From NCBI RefSeq assembly GCF_009914755.1, contig NC_060934.1: a stretch of 64,000 nt of DNA. One strand, 5' to 3'. Below the pieces are notes generated by a model. It did not search any database. It was not told where the DNA came from and saw only the letters and a program-made list of their open reading frames with translations. This DNA comes from the human T2T-CHM13v2.0 reference genome, Homo sapiens. Both the position numbers and the translations under genes were made by a program. Below are positions 39,073 through 60,725 of this stretch, piece by piece; position 1 is the first letter of the stretch; every line of letters begins with the position of its first letter.

Positions 39073-41099
39073 CAATTTTCCATTTTTTTACAATAAGCAA
39101 GCAAGAAAATAAATGTTAAAAGAAAAATGAGAGGGAGGGAAAAATTTACTTATAAATAAATGCTTCTAGAATCTTTAGAACACCATCATCTATTCTGAAA
39201 GATAGAATCATCAAAACTCTGTACTCACGCTTTAACAACATAACCAAAAGCCTAACACTTCACATGCCCCAGTCTCTGGTCTTTTCTGTGCTTGCTTTTC
39301 CTCTGTGAAAACTTGATAAAATGCTCTCAATAATCTTGTTCCATGAAAAGTGTGAATGAGAAGAAAAATAAAGAGAGCAATTTTCAAGTGGGAAAAGAAA
39401 GAGCATGCGGAAAGGAATGACTGAAACTTTCAGAGAAATGGGTAGAAATGCATATAAAACTCCAAATGAGATACAATAGAAGCTGGGCTTACCAATGGGG
39501 AGGAGAGTATGGAAAGAGTGCAATGGACAGGAGAGGGTAGTGTACAAAGAAAGGATAGAAGGAAACACAAACTTTGTATGACTTTTTTTTCCACATAGGA
39601 TTCACAACATTCCTCAGAAAATTCAATTTAGTTGCCCTGTTCTAGCTTGCTAACCAGAACCAATTTAATTTTAAATCTACACTCAGAGCCAACGGGGATG
39701 AGATATTTTGCAATTCTTTTTAGCTCCCTGTTGGAAGACAGAATCAGATTTAACCATTTCTGCTCTGGCTGTGATAACCATCCAGGTTTGTCAGAGGACC
39801 AAATGGTGTTCTTTGAAGATTAAAGAATATAAAACTGTACCAAAATTACTTGCTATGTTTAACAACTTAATGGGAATGCATTTTTGAGGATGTGACAAAT
39901 TGCTCTTGATTTATCTGCACAGGGCATGAAATACTGGTACAAGAGAGCAATTTGTTACACAGACAATGTCTACCCCTTGCTGTAAATTTGCCCACTGTCA
40001 CATACTATTTGACATCCAGTTAGGTGATTTTAAAAAACTAGTTTATTACTGCATCTAATGAAGAGCAGAAAACTGATATATGACTCTCTTAATTCTTCTC
40101 AGCTACCAGGAACACATTTCTCACATATCAGTTTATGAAACTGTTTCTTGGTTTTATGTTCTGTTGTGACAGATAGGTAAACAAGCTGATAAAATCAAGT
40201 GCTTTCAAAAGGGAAAAGTTACCATATTCATGTAGGCCTCTGGCTTGTCACAAAACTTCAAACAGTTTCTGGTTCTGCTTACCATCTGCACAGATTTATT
40301 CCAAAGAACATAACAAACTTTGTTTCTTGATTTCTTTCAACATAAATAGAAATATTAAGTTTGGGTGTTTATATTCTGGAAGATAGTCAGATAATCTATT
40401 CTGATTAACCTTAACACATAGGTCTGGCCCCTGCCTGTATACATAGCTCAGTCCCAGTCCCTTCCTCTGAATTTCCTTTTAATCAGCCTCAGCCTTTTCC
40501 ACATCCATATTGCTATGAATATCTCTAGAGCATCTATCTTCAGAACCATTTGTTTACCATGCCTCCTACTGGGAGGAAATGAGGCTGCTATTGGTCTGAC
40601 TGAAGTTCCCCTTAGGCTATATGTGGTCTGTCTTTATTAAAAGCAAAATAAAGGCCTCACATGGGGACTTGGCAACTATTACAAGGGTTGTGCTGGGTTT
40701 TTCGATTCTTGCTTTTTTGTTGGGGGTGTATGAAAGGAATCAACAGATCCATCCAAGACTATTTTATCATTGTCAACTTACATGCAGACCACCCTGACAC
40801 CCCCACTCACTATTAGTCTGTTGAAAATGGGAAGAATTTGAGAGGGAAACACTAACATTTTTAATAGAAACAATTCTTATAGCCAAATAAGAACTAAGCT
40901 ACAAAGGTTCTAATTATACATTAGGTATTCAATAAACATAATGGTGATTCCAGAATTGTATTTTGTATGCCATCATCTAATTTATAAGTTGGCATCATCA
41001 GATTCAAACACTGAGTGGAAAAAAACTCAGCAATATAAATTATATAAGCAATCATCACGTGAGTGGGTGGAAATGATTCTGAAACAGATAATTCTGAAA

Positions 41100-41400
41100 T
41101 CAATCCTGAAATAGGACTATTTGAAAGGATTAACTTCTGCCTTAAAATCCTAGCTCTACAACTTAACTTCTCTGAGCATCCAATTCTTCACCTTTAAAAG
41201 GAAAATAGTATTTTCTCTCTCAGAGAGCTGTTCTGACATTTAAGTCACCCAGTTTGGTGCCTGAATGAGGACTCAATAAATGGTAGCTACCCTTATTATT
41301 ATTATTTTTCTCATGGATTGTTTTCACTTACCACTGTAAGCTGAACGATGAATGAATAAATAGGTGAGTGAAAGTGAATGAATGAAGGAACAAATAAACG
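41100..41400 (+). mobile_element. MIR followed by an L2-type (GAAT)n tail
   Basis: ACTTAACTTCTCTGAGC..CTCAATAAATGGTAGCTA; TGAATGAAT repeats. Confidence 0.65.
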
Positions 41401-41870
41401 TTTAGTAACACTTGTACAGGAGAAACTGGTAGGCATCCAGCAAGGAAGTTTCATTTCTTTTCTGTTAGTCTTTCTGATGGCAATGCCTGTAGGGAATTTT
41501 AATGAAGAGCCAGCATACATCATTACAGTTTTCTACAGATACAACACAGTATAATTGTTCAGGTACAGGTTATACAGAAATTAAAGTGATACCAGTTCAG
41601 GGCCATACTTGCAAGATAACTCAGGCCGTCAACTCTTGCCTCTTGCGTCATCACATTTCTGTACACATATGTTATACACATAAAATGTGTTGACCCAGTA
41701 GTGAGGCAAGTAAGGCAACTGCTCTCAAGTAATGAAAATGGAGAAGATTAAGATAAAAGCATCAACAATAACAAATCTATTTACTGAATATTTAAACTGA
41801 GTTTTCTTACAGTTCCTTAAATACATTTTCATTTTATTCATTTACATCCCATTACACAAACATTTGTTCA

Positions 41871-42478
41871 TTCAACCATTGTGGAAGTCAGTGTGGCGAT
41901 TCCTCAGGGATCTAGAACTAGAAATACCATTTGACCCAGCCATCCCATTACTGGGTATATATCCAAAGGATTATAAATCATGCTGCTATAAAGACACATG
42001 CACACGTATGTTTATTGCGGCACTATTCACAATAGCAAAGACTTGGAACCAACCCAAATGTCCAACAATGATAGACTGGATTAAGAAAATGTGGCACATA
42101 TACACCACGGAATACTATGCAGCCATAAAAAATGATGAGTTCATGTCCTTTGTAGGGACATGGATGAAATTGGAAATCATCATTCTCAGTAAACTATCGC
42201 AAGGACAAAAAACCAAACACCGCATGTTCTCACTCATAGATGGGAATTGAACAATGAGAACACATGGACACAGGATGGGGAACATCACACTCTGGGGACT
42301 CTTGTGGGGTGGGGGGAGGGGGGAGGGATAGCATTAGGAGATATACCTAATGCTAAATGACGAGTTAATGGGTGCAGCACACCAGCATGGCACATGTATA
42401 CATATGTAACTAACCTGCACATTGTGCACATGTACCCTAAAACTTAAAGTATAATAATAATAAAAATAAAAAACAAAA
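41871..42478 (+). mobile_element. L1PA3 3' fragment, no canonical TSD
   Basis: ORF 41864-42250 is the ORF2 C-terminus read into the 3'UTR; L1PA3 diagnostics. Confidence 0.93.
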
Positions 42479-42554
42479 GGACAATTAATAAAAAAAAGAC
42501 TCTGTAGTACATATTGTGGAGCAATACAAAGAATGTAACTCAATTTTGGCATAG

Positions 42555-43240
42555 TTCAACCAATATTTATTGAGTACCTCTCATGGGCCAAGCATTGTGC
42601 TAGGTGCAAGGGTTGTAAAGAAAAATAAGATACAGCCTGGGGCCTTAAGAAAAAGGCACAAATAATTAAAATATAAAACATAGAGCCTGCAATTACAGAC
42701 TGCTAAGAGATTTAATAGTAATATAAAAGATAAAGTGATCAATGCTGACTAGAAATCAAGAAAAACTTCAAACTAAATACCTGACCAGATATTTAGTAGC
42801 AGTGTGTAAAGTGAACAAGTAGAGCACATTCTACACAAAGAAACGAGTATACACATAAGCAGATAATATGCAGATGTGTAATTGGTTCCATAGCACTGGA
42901 CTAGAAAGCATGAAGGGGAGAATAGAAGGAGATGAAGTTAGCAAAGTGGACATAGATAAATTCATGAAATGCCTCATATGCCATGCTACGGAGCTTGGAT
43001 TATTTTTTCCTTCTAAATGCTAGTAAGCCATTGAAGGCCTCCAAAAATGTCAGATTTGGGTTGGAAATTATACAGAAGGCAAACTAAACCGCGACAAGAT
43101 TAGAGGTAGGGAGAAAAGATAGGAAGCTACTAAAATAACCCAAGGAAGTGAGGATGAGGGAACTAAGCTAATCTAACAGTACAGGAATAGAGAGAATGAA
43201 TACATTTTAAATATATTCAAGAGATAAAATTAACAATCAT
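42555..43240 (-). mobile_element. L2
   Basis: TTCAACCAATATTTATTGAGTACC..CATTGTGCTAGGTGC. Confidence 0.78.
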
Positions 43241-43578
43241 TTTAGATTAATCAATATTAATGGAAAAATAAAAGTGAAAAGTATGTACAAGTGTGTTCTT
43301 TCTGCTCATATCAGAACAGAAATCTGAAGCATTTAGAAAAAATATTAGATACCAAGTGGCAAAGTTTTAACAAATTCCAGAAAAAATAAAAATAAAAGTA
43401 CAGATAGTTGGATATGGTGTCTGGAAAAGAAGGAACGAAGAGGTTTTTATGGAGGATGCTTTGATACTACAGTATTTACTTTTAGGAAAAAAATATCACT
43501 GAAATGGAAAGTCACTTCTTGTTTCACTTGACATTAGCAGTAAATTGGAAGAAAGTACTCCAGTGTGGCAAGACAATA

Positions 43579-44084
43579 TGTAACGGTGGCAGACATGGAG
43601 GTGCACTGCTCAGATCTCCTGTCAAGAGAACCTGCTGCTAGAAGCATAGCTGTCTGATAGTCTCCAGCTGCTGTATGTTTAGATCCATTGCAGTGTTCAC
43701 TCTGAGGTCATGCTCCCCACTTCCACACCTTCTGACCCCTATGCTGCTCCCAGGCAATGACTAAGCACAGAAGGCACAGTCAAGCTAAGCCATCCTTTCC
43801 CTGTAATGTGGGATTTCTATAATGGGGAACTTTTGCTTAAAGACTTCTGTTCCCAGCCTGGCCAAGACTTTCTCAGAACTGCATTACGGACTGGGGCTCT
43901 TCCTGCCCAATTTTCTTTCTTTCCTCTGCTCCTTTCATAGATATCAGACCTGCATCACTGGCTGAAGGCTCTCCCTGCCTACTCCTGCTCTCTTCCCCTT
44001 TACTCAGCATGGATATTTCTCCAAATAAAACTTATGTGTCTAACTGCATCTTGGTGTCTGCTCCTCAAAGGACCTTAACTGACA
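43579..44084 (+). mobile_element. LTR16A-like ERVL solo LTR
   Basis: TG..CA termini, AATAAA near 44024, perfect TSD CAATA at 43574-43578 and 44085-44089. Confidence 0.85.
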
Positions 44085-44619
44085 CAATACTTTAAGTAAA
44101 TGTATTAAGAATGAAAATCACAGGGAAATGTGAATTCCTCCTCAGAGCATCTTGCATGTAAACCACCCTGACCTCAGGGTTTTCTTAAGAGTACACAACC
44201 CAGCCCAGTGTTTAACAGCCCTCACTGTCAGATATTTTACTCCTAAAGACTTACCCACCTCCCTTGGGCCATATGTTCCATTCTAACTTCCAGAACATCT
44301 TTTACTAACATTTCATATAATTGAATTAAATTAAACTTCCCATAAAAACTGGATTGAACTAAAAAGAGTGAAAACTCTATTCCATAAGAATTTTATTTTC
44401 AACTAAGTGAATTCTCAGCTTAAATAATCATAGTCTGCTCTTTGAGCTCCAGGGGCACAAGCAATTCAGGCAGACAACATAGTCTCCTCTGGAGTACAAC
44501 GTTCATCCACCTTCTCAGGAGAATTTGCCTTTCCTGCTGCAAACAGCTTCGTCCAGCTGCCAGTAGAATATTTGGATGACATTGCCTTAGAGTCAACACA
44601 CAAGAATTCTAGTCAAGGG

Positions 44620-44890
44620 AGGCAGTCTGACATCATAGTTAAGTGTGCAGGCTCTGTACTCCTACACACTTGCATCTAAATCCTGGTTCTACTAGGTGCT
44701 CAAACTAGGTGACTTCAGGCATGTTTCCCTCTGCCCCTCTCTGATCCTCCATTCTCTCATATGTAAACTGAATATAATACTAGTACCTATCTCATATGCT
44801 TGTTGTTAGGACTAAATGGGCCAAGGCAGATGAAGCATTTAGCACAGTTTCTGGCACATACTGAGCACTCAGTAATTGGAAATTATGTAT
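44620..44890 (+). mobile_element. MIR (near full length)
   Basis: GTTAAGTGTGCAGGCTCTG..TTAGCACAGTTTCTGGCACATA. Confidence 0.85.
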
Positions 44891-45596
44891 GTCATTGTTG
44901 TTAGTGGAAGCATCTGCTCTGAGAATAAATGGAGTTGTTTATCTACACTGAAGAAACCAGTGGCCATATAAAATGATCTGGCATTTTTCTTTTAACTAGA
45001 AAGCTGAGAAGCTATGTACGTGGCCACACATTAAGGCTCAGCCTTCACTCACAGCAGCAAAGGGAAAGCTGGCCTCTTTCTGAATTAGGGGTAGACAGCT
45101 GGAGAGGGCCAAAAGAGGGATTACCAGAAGATTACGATGGTCAGGGGAAAGCTGAAATAACTATTTTAACAGACAATTTGTGCTCCAATTACCATCTAAA
45201 TGTTCATGGTAAATAAGAATCCATAAAAACACATCTGTAAACCCCCAATTTTAGTGACTGGAGCTTTGCATGGTTCATTAGCACATACTCCTTTGCCCAA
45301 CTGTGACATCACTTATCAGCAGACCTTCTCCTTTCATATTCCCCAGCAGCTGAGGCCAGTGCTCCATGAGGACATTTTCTGAAATCAATGCAGTCACAGA
45401 TTTCTTCCCACAGGTGCAGGAGAAGCTTATTAGGTGAATATCTTTCATGGAGTTCTGTCACCTACACTCTTGTTTCTCTTTTAAAGTAAGGGTTAGTAAC
45501 TATAAATAAGTAGGTGCCAATTCATGGGGAGAGACTGGTGTGCTGCATGCAAGTGATTAGCTGTAAGGAAAGGGCTAAGTCTCAGATCTGCACTCT

Positions 45597-45922
45597 AGAC
45601 CTGTGATGTCCAACAGAATTACAATGTAAGTCACAAATGCAAGTTACATTTAAAATTTTAAATTTTCTACTAACCACAAGAAGAAAAAATTAACAGATAA
45701 AATCAGTTTTAGTTAATAGAAATGATTTAATTACCAATATATCTAAAACATTCTTTTAACATGTAATCAGTATAAAATTATTAATGTGATTTTTAATATT
45801 TTATACTGTTTTCAAAATCCCATGTGTATTTTATACTTGCAGCACACCTCAATTTGGACTTGCCACATTTCAAGTGCTCAGTATGTCCATGTGGAGAGTG
45901 GTTACCAAATTGGATAGTGCCC
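45597..45922. mobile_element. MER33 (hAT-Charlie)
   Basis: TGTCCAACAGAA..GCACACCTCAATTTGGACTTGCCACATTTCAAGTGCTCA..TTGGATAGTGC. Confidence 0.82.
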
Positions 45923-45974
45923 TTCAGGGGAGCTGGACTGGGAAATGACAAAGTTCTATAAAAGACCAAGACAC

Positions 45975-46350
45975 TGTTATGGATGTTTGTCATTTTGGGG
46001 TACCTAGCATCTTTTGAACACTCTTTCTGTCCTGGGGTAGCTTGCATATTATGAGTCTCATTTCATGAAGATACGAGGGAGAACTCAATTTCTCAGATTC
46101 CCTTTCAGCTAATGCATTGGAAGGTAACGCATGCTTGACCAGTCAGAAACAACCATATGAGATTTGAATTGTAAACAGAAAAAAATGAAGAACATGGCCC
46201 TGTATACGTGGAATTAATTTTCTGGCAAGGCTGATGGTGAAGGTATCCAGCTTTCATGGGCACCAATTGGGGTGATCTGATATCTAGTACTCAGAATCCA
46301 TAAATACATGGTATAATATACTTCAAGTATGGCCAGCAGCAGAGACAGTA
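45975..46350 (+). mobile_element. LTR33-like fragment
   Basis: TGT..GGATGTTTGTCATTTTGG..AGATTCCCTTTCAGCTA. Confidence 0.55.
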
Positions 46351-46364
46351 GGGGCCTTGCTGGC

Positions 46365-48958
46365 ACCATTCCAAACAAACACGGAAAAAGAAAACTAAAA
46401 AAACTCCACATGTTAACTTAGTGCCCTGGCTTTTTAACTTCTTGTTGTTTCTCTTTATGTCTTATTGTACTGTCTATGTCTTGAAAAGTTGTTGTAGCTG
46501 TTATCTTTGATTGGTTCATCGTTTATTCTTTCTACTTTAGTCAAGATAAGTTTATACATCACAACTACAAAGTTATACTATTCTGTGTTTTTCTGTGTGC
46601 TTACTATGGTAATAATGAGTTTTATATCTTCAGATGATATCTTGTTGCTCAATAACATCATTTTCTTTCAGATTGAAGAACTCTCTCTAGCCTTTCTTAT
46701 AGGATAGGTATGGTATTGAAATCCCTCAGGTTTTATTTGTCTGAGAATGTCTTTATTTCTCCTTCAGGCTTAAAGGATATTTTCTCAAGATATACTAATC
46801 TAAGATAAGAGTTTTATTCTTTCAGCACTTTAAATATCTCATGCCACTCTCTCCTGACCTGTAAGGTTTGCACTGAAAAGTCTGCTGCCAGACCTATTGG
46901 AGCTCCACTGTGTGTTGTTTCTTTTCTCTTGCTGCTTTTAGAATCTTTCTTTATCCTTGGCCACTGGGAGTTTGATTATTAAATGCCTTGGGGTAGTCTT
47001 CTTTAGGTTAAATCTGCCTGGTGTTCTATAACTTCTTCTACTTGAATGTTGATATCTTTCTCTAGGTTTGGGAAATTCTCTGATACTATCCCTTTGAATA
47101 AACTTTCTATCCCTATCTCTTTCTCTACCTCCTCTTTAAAGCCAATAACTCTTAGATTTGTCCTTTTCAGGCTACTTTCTAAATCTTGTAGGCATGCTTC
47201 ATTCTTTTTTATTCTTTTTCCCTTTTGTCTCCTCTGACTGTGTATTTTCAAATAGCCTGTCTCTAGGCTCACTAATTCTTTCTTCTGCTTGATCAATTCT
47301 GCTATTAAGAGACTCTGATAAATTCTTCAGCATGTCAACTACAGTTTTCAATTCTAGAATTTCTGATTGATTCTATTTAATTATTTCAATCTCTTTGTTA
47401 AATTTACCTGATAAAATATTGAATTCCTTCTCTGTGTTATCTTAAGTTTCTTTGAGTTTCGTCAAAACAGCTATTTTGAATTCTCTGTCTGAAACGTCAT
47501 ATATATCTATCTCTCTGGGATTGATCCCTGGTACCTCATTTAGTTCATTTGGTGAAGTAATGTTTTCCTGAATGATGTTGGCACTTGTAGAAGTTCTTTG
47601 GCATCTGGGCATTAAAGAGTTATGTATTTATTGTGGTCTTCACAGTCTGGGCTTATTTGTGCCTGTCTTTCTTGGGAAGGTTTTCTAGGTATTCAAAGGG
47701 ACTTGGGCCCCAAGCCCAATAATACGGTGGGTTTTGTACACTCATAGAGGTACTGCTGTGGTGGTTGTGGGTAAGATCCAGAAGAATGCTCTGGATTACC
47801 AGGCAGAAACCCTTGTTCTTTTCCCTTACTTTCCCCAAAACACATGGAGTCTCTCTCTCTCTGTGCCGAACCACCTGGAACTGGGGGGTGTAGTGATGCA
47901 ATCACCCCTGTGGCCACCACCACTGGGACTGTGCTGGGTCAGACCCAAAGCCAGCACAGCAATGGGCCTTGCCCAAGGCCCTTCCCGTCAGGGTAGTGAG
48001 TTCTTGTAGGCTCCAGGTGTGTCCAGAGATGCTGTCTGGGAGCCAGAAGTTGGAGTCAAAAACCTTAGAAACTTATGTGATGTTCTATTCTACGGAAGCT
48101 AAGTTGAGGGAAAGGAAGTAAAGTGGAGGGAAAAATAGGAAGGACTTTGCATGGTACTGAACCACAATACAAAGTCCCTCCTATTCTTCCCTCCCCTTTC
48201 CACAAGATGTAAGACAAAGTACCCTTTAACTTTGATCTCCTCTCCTTAAACGGAAAGAAACAGTCACTTCCATTGCTACAAGCTGCAATCCTGGGTTTGG
48301 GGGAGGGATGACTTCTCTTTACTCTCCCATAGCTGTGCCAGCTGGTGTCTCCCTAGGTCATGTTCCACTCCTAGTTCACTGGCTTGAAGCCCAGCCTAGC
48401 ACTAGGAGTTGCCTAGGAATTGCAGTCTTTGTGTCCTAGACTGTCTTTCAAGTTTACCTAGGACCCCAGAGCACTTTAGCCCTAAGTGGTGAGGTTTGCA
48501 CAGAAACTCAAGTTTGGACCACTGGGATGGGTGACCCCCCTCTGGCTAGGGCTGGTCCAGATGCTCCCATTGTGCACAGGCAATGGCTGAGCTCAATACA
48601 GCTTTATTCTCCACTGTAACAGGGCAGCACTGAGTTCAATGTAAAGTCGCCCAGCAGCTGTGCTCTCCCTCCCCAAAGTGCTCAAGTTCTCTCTCTGCAC
48701 TGCATGGCCACTGCTAGGGGATGGAGGTGAGGTGGTGTCAGTGATTCTAAAGTATCTCTTCTGCCCTCCTCAATGCCTCTGTCGTTAAATCCAAGTACTG
48801 TGAATATGACGTTAAATCCAAGTACTGTGATTGCACACTTGATTGTTGGTTTTTGTGATGGGGCTTTTCTGTGTACAGATAGTTGTTAAGATTTGGTGTT
48901 CAAGCCAGAGGGACAAACAGTGAAGGCTTCTATCCCAACCATCTTGCTCCACCTCCCT
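46365..48958 (-). mobile_element. L1M1/M2 (L1MA) 5'UTR and ORF1
   Basis: ORF 47003-47296 is ORF1-like (NLRVIG, ENFPNL); 5' end CCATCTTGCTCCACCTCCC. Confidence 0.88.
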
Positions 48959-48959
48959 A

Positions 48960-49698
48960 GATCTTATTTAAACCTTTTATTTTAATTGGCTTTTTTTTTT
49001 TTGACACTGCTCTGGCAGGGTATAAGTGAGGGCACTGCTTTGTTTCTGCCAGGTGGATGTCAAAGTCCAGGTTGCCCATTCAGCCTTCATTCACACCAAA
49101 GGGAGGCTCCTCATTATTGCTGAGCAGGTGGGTAAGTTCCACATCTCCAGAGTCTCAACTAATACTGCAGTGAAGTGGGAGGGTGTTCCCTCAATATCAA
49201 CCAATGGGGATGAAGTGCAGGCTCTCTACTTGGACACCATCCTGGCAAGGATGTTGCAGGAGCACATTAGAGTTTCATGAGGGTAAGTCCAGGCTCCCTA
49301 CTCAGCCTTTGTTTGTGTGAGAAATAGGACACAAATTTTTTATGACATTTGGCTAGGGTGGAGTGGTTATTGTGTAAAACCTTTCTGTCTTGCTAGATTG
49401 GTCCTTTATTGTTCTCCTTGGCTAGAGAAAACTGGCTTTTGTTGGGGTCTTTTGTGTTTGTATTCATTGAGATTTCCAGGTTTCCAGCTTCTTCAGCGCC
49501 AAGTTTGGGATATTAAAGACAAGAAGAAAACCCAGGGAACTCACCATCATGTTGTTCCTTGGGTTCTTGGCTGACTTCTTTTCAACCTCTGAGTCTTCTT
49601 ACATGTTTTTTATATATAATATTTAGAGTTTTTAGTTACCCTTAATAGGAGGAATAGGGGAAAGTATATTTACTCTGTCTTTTTGGCAGTAGAAGTAG
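48960..49698 (-). mobile_element. L1MD-like 5' end
   Basis: AGAAAACCCAGGGAACTCACCA..GGAGGAATAGGGGAAAGTA..GAAGT. Confidence 0.7.
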
Positions 49699-50458
49699 GT
49701 GTCATTGCCTTTTAAAATACTGAATATACATTCTTTATTATCTATATCCCCCTGGTAGAAAGTGAACCTCAAAAGGGCATGCTTTTTGTATGGCCATAGT
49801 AACTTATTGAATGAATTTATAAAGCCACAAATGCGTGCTATTGGAAAATACATCATTTTTAAGTTTTATTTTTTAAATTGGTGCTGAACCAGTGGGAGGA
49901 GGTCTGAAGGTCAATAGGAATGAAGGAAAGGTCTACATAAGAATTACAAGTAGGAGACAAAATTAATATTAAATATAACCAGATGGTAGTGAAACAGAAT
50001 TTACAGAGCTCAACTGAGGGAAGGTAATGGTACAATACAGCTAGGATTACCCACTCTTGGAAACAGATCTAATTTAGTCTCCTTCATGATAAGCAAGCAC
50101 TAAATAAAGCATGAGAAAAAGGAGGCATGCTTCATATTAGCTTTTTGGGTAGTAGAAAAAGTTTGGTCCCCTTAAACTGTCACCAACCTGTCTGCCTAAA
50201 TACCTTTTTATTGTCTTCCCTTCTAATCACTCTCTCTCCAGCATTGAAAACAATGCTCAAATATCAACCTGTCTTCAAGGCACCAATAAATAAGCATGAG
50301 ACATACTTTTCCCACCAAGCCCACAAGGTAAAAAAATTTTAAAAGGCAGTGATTAGGACACATTAAATTAAAAGTTGTGATACATCTTGTCCCTTACTTA
50401 TCCTTATTTTTCCCATGCCAGGAAAAGTCTGCTCCCAAACTGTAAATTAAAAGAAAAG

Positions 50459-52645
<2,187 letters not shown>

Positions 52646-53611
52646 ATTTTTTAGTCTCAAAAATAAAAGGAAAAAAACAAACAAACAAGCTTAAGCTTTT
52701 ATTTATCCATTTACCACCAAATGCCAGAATTCTACCACAAACCCATACCTTCTTTCCTATTAATACTCATGGTATATGATGTGTGCCCTTGTAAGCACAA
52801 ATAGCAGGCACAAAGTTCCAGAAGCACACACCACTGTCAATATGCCAGGCAAAAGAACAAAGAAATTGGAAGCTTCAGCATCAGTGGACACTGCAGATCC
52901 TATAATCTTCCATTTTTCCACTGTTTATAACCTATAGCCAAGCAAGGCTTTCCTTGACCAGGGTTGTGGTACTACCTCTACTCCTGATAAAATAAAAATT
53001 TTAAAACTCTAGACTTCAGATTTCTTGTCTGCAAAATGGAAAATGGAGGTAGAAAAGATAATACTCAAGATCCTTTCTGGCCCTATTGATCCAGGTTTTT
53101 ACATACTAAAGCTATCTTCATATTGAACAACGAGAAGATAAGCCCAGTTTTGTAAAGAAGCTGAGTGGCTTCTGAAGACCTAAGTTATTTGCCAGAAGAA
53201 TTCCAACGTTCAAAAGTTGAAAGACTATAGATAAGAGGCTTGCTCTGGAGTGACCCAGAATTGTTTAATGTCCCTAATGGAGAAAAAATAAGACTATATA
53301 TTCATATTTGCTTCTATTTCGATAAAGAAAGTCTAGAACAGACATCAGCAATCTACTGCCAGTGGGAAAAATCAGCCTAAGTTTGTGTTTGTTTAAAACA
53401 AACAGCCCATGAGCTGAGAATTATTTTTACATTTTTTAATGGTTGAAAAAAGTGAATATTTCATGACACAGAAAATTATTTTTAAACATTAAAATTTCAG
53501 TGCCATAAATAAAGTTTTATTGGCACATAGCCAATAAAATTTCAGTGCCCATAAATAAAGTTTTATTGGCTATTGGCCTCTAGCCATGATCTCTTGTATA
53601 TGAGTGCTTTT

Positions 53612-60225
<6,614 letters not shown>

Positions 60226-60323
60226 TATGAGAGCTTTTAATGCTACAAGAACAGAGTTCAGTCATTGTGACTGAGATTATATGGCCCATAAAGCCTAAAA
60301 TACTTACTTATTTTGAAAGTTTT

Positions 60324-60656
<333 letters not shown>

Positions 60657-60725
60657 TTAAGTTTTTCAACCTCCTCCTCTACAACAATATACAATAACGT
60701 TTTAAAAATAATTACCTGTGACAAT

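Noticed and set aside
52749-52931. Minus-strand TM-like frame (SAVSTDAEASNFFVLLPGILTVV..HEY*)
   Set aside because: No ATG, the acceptor at 52900 lacks a pyrimidine tract, and hydrophobicity is expected from the T-rich strand
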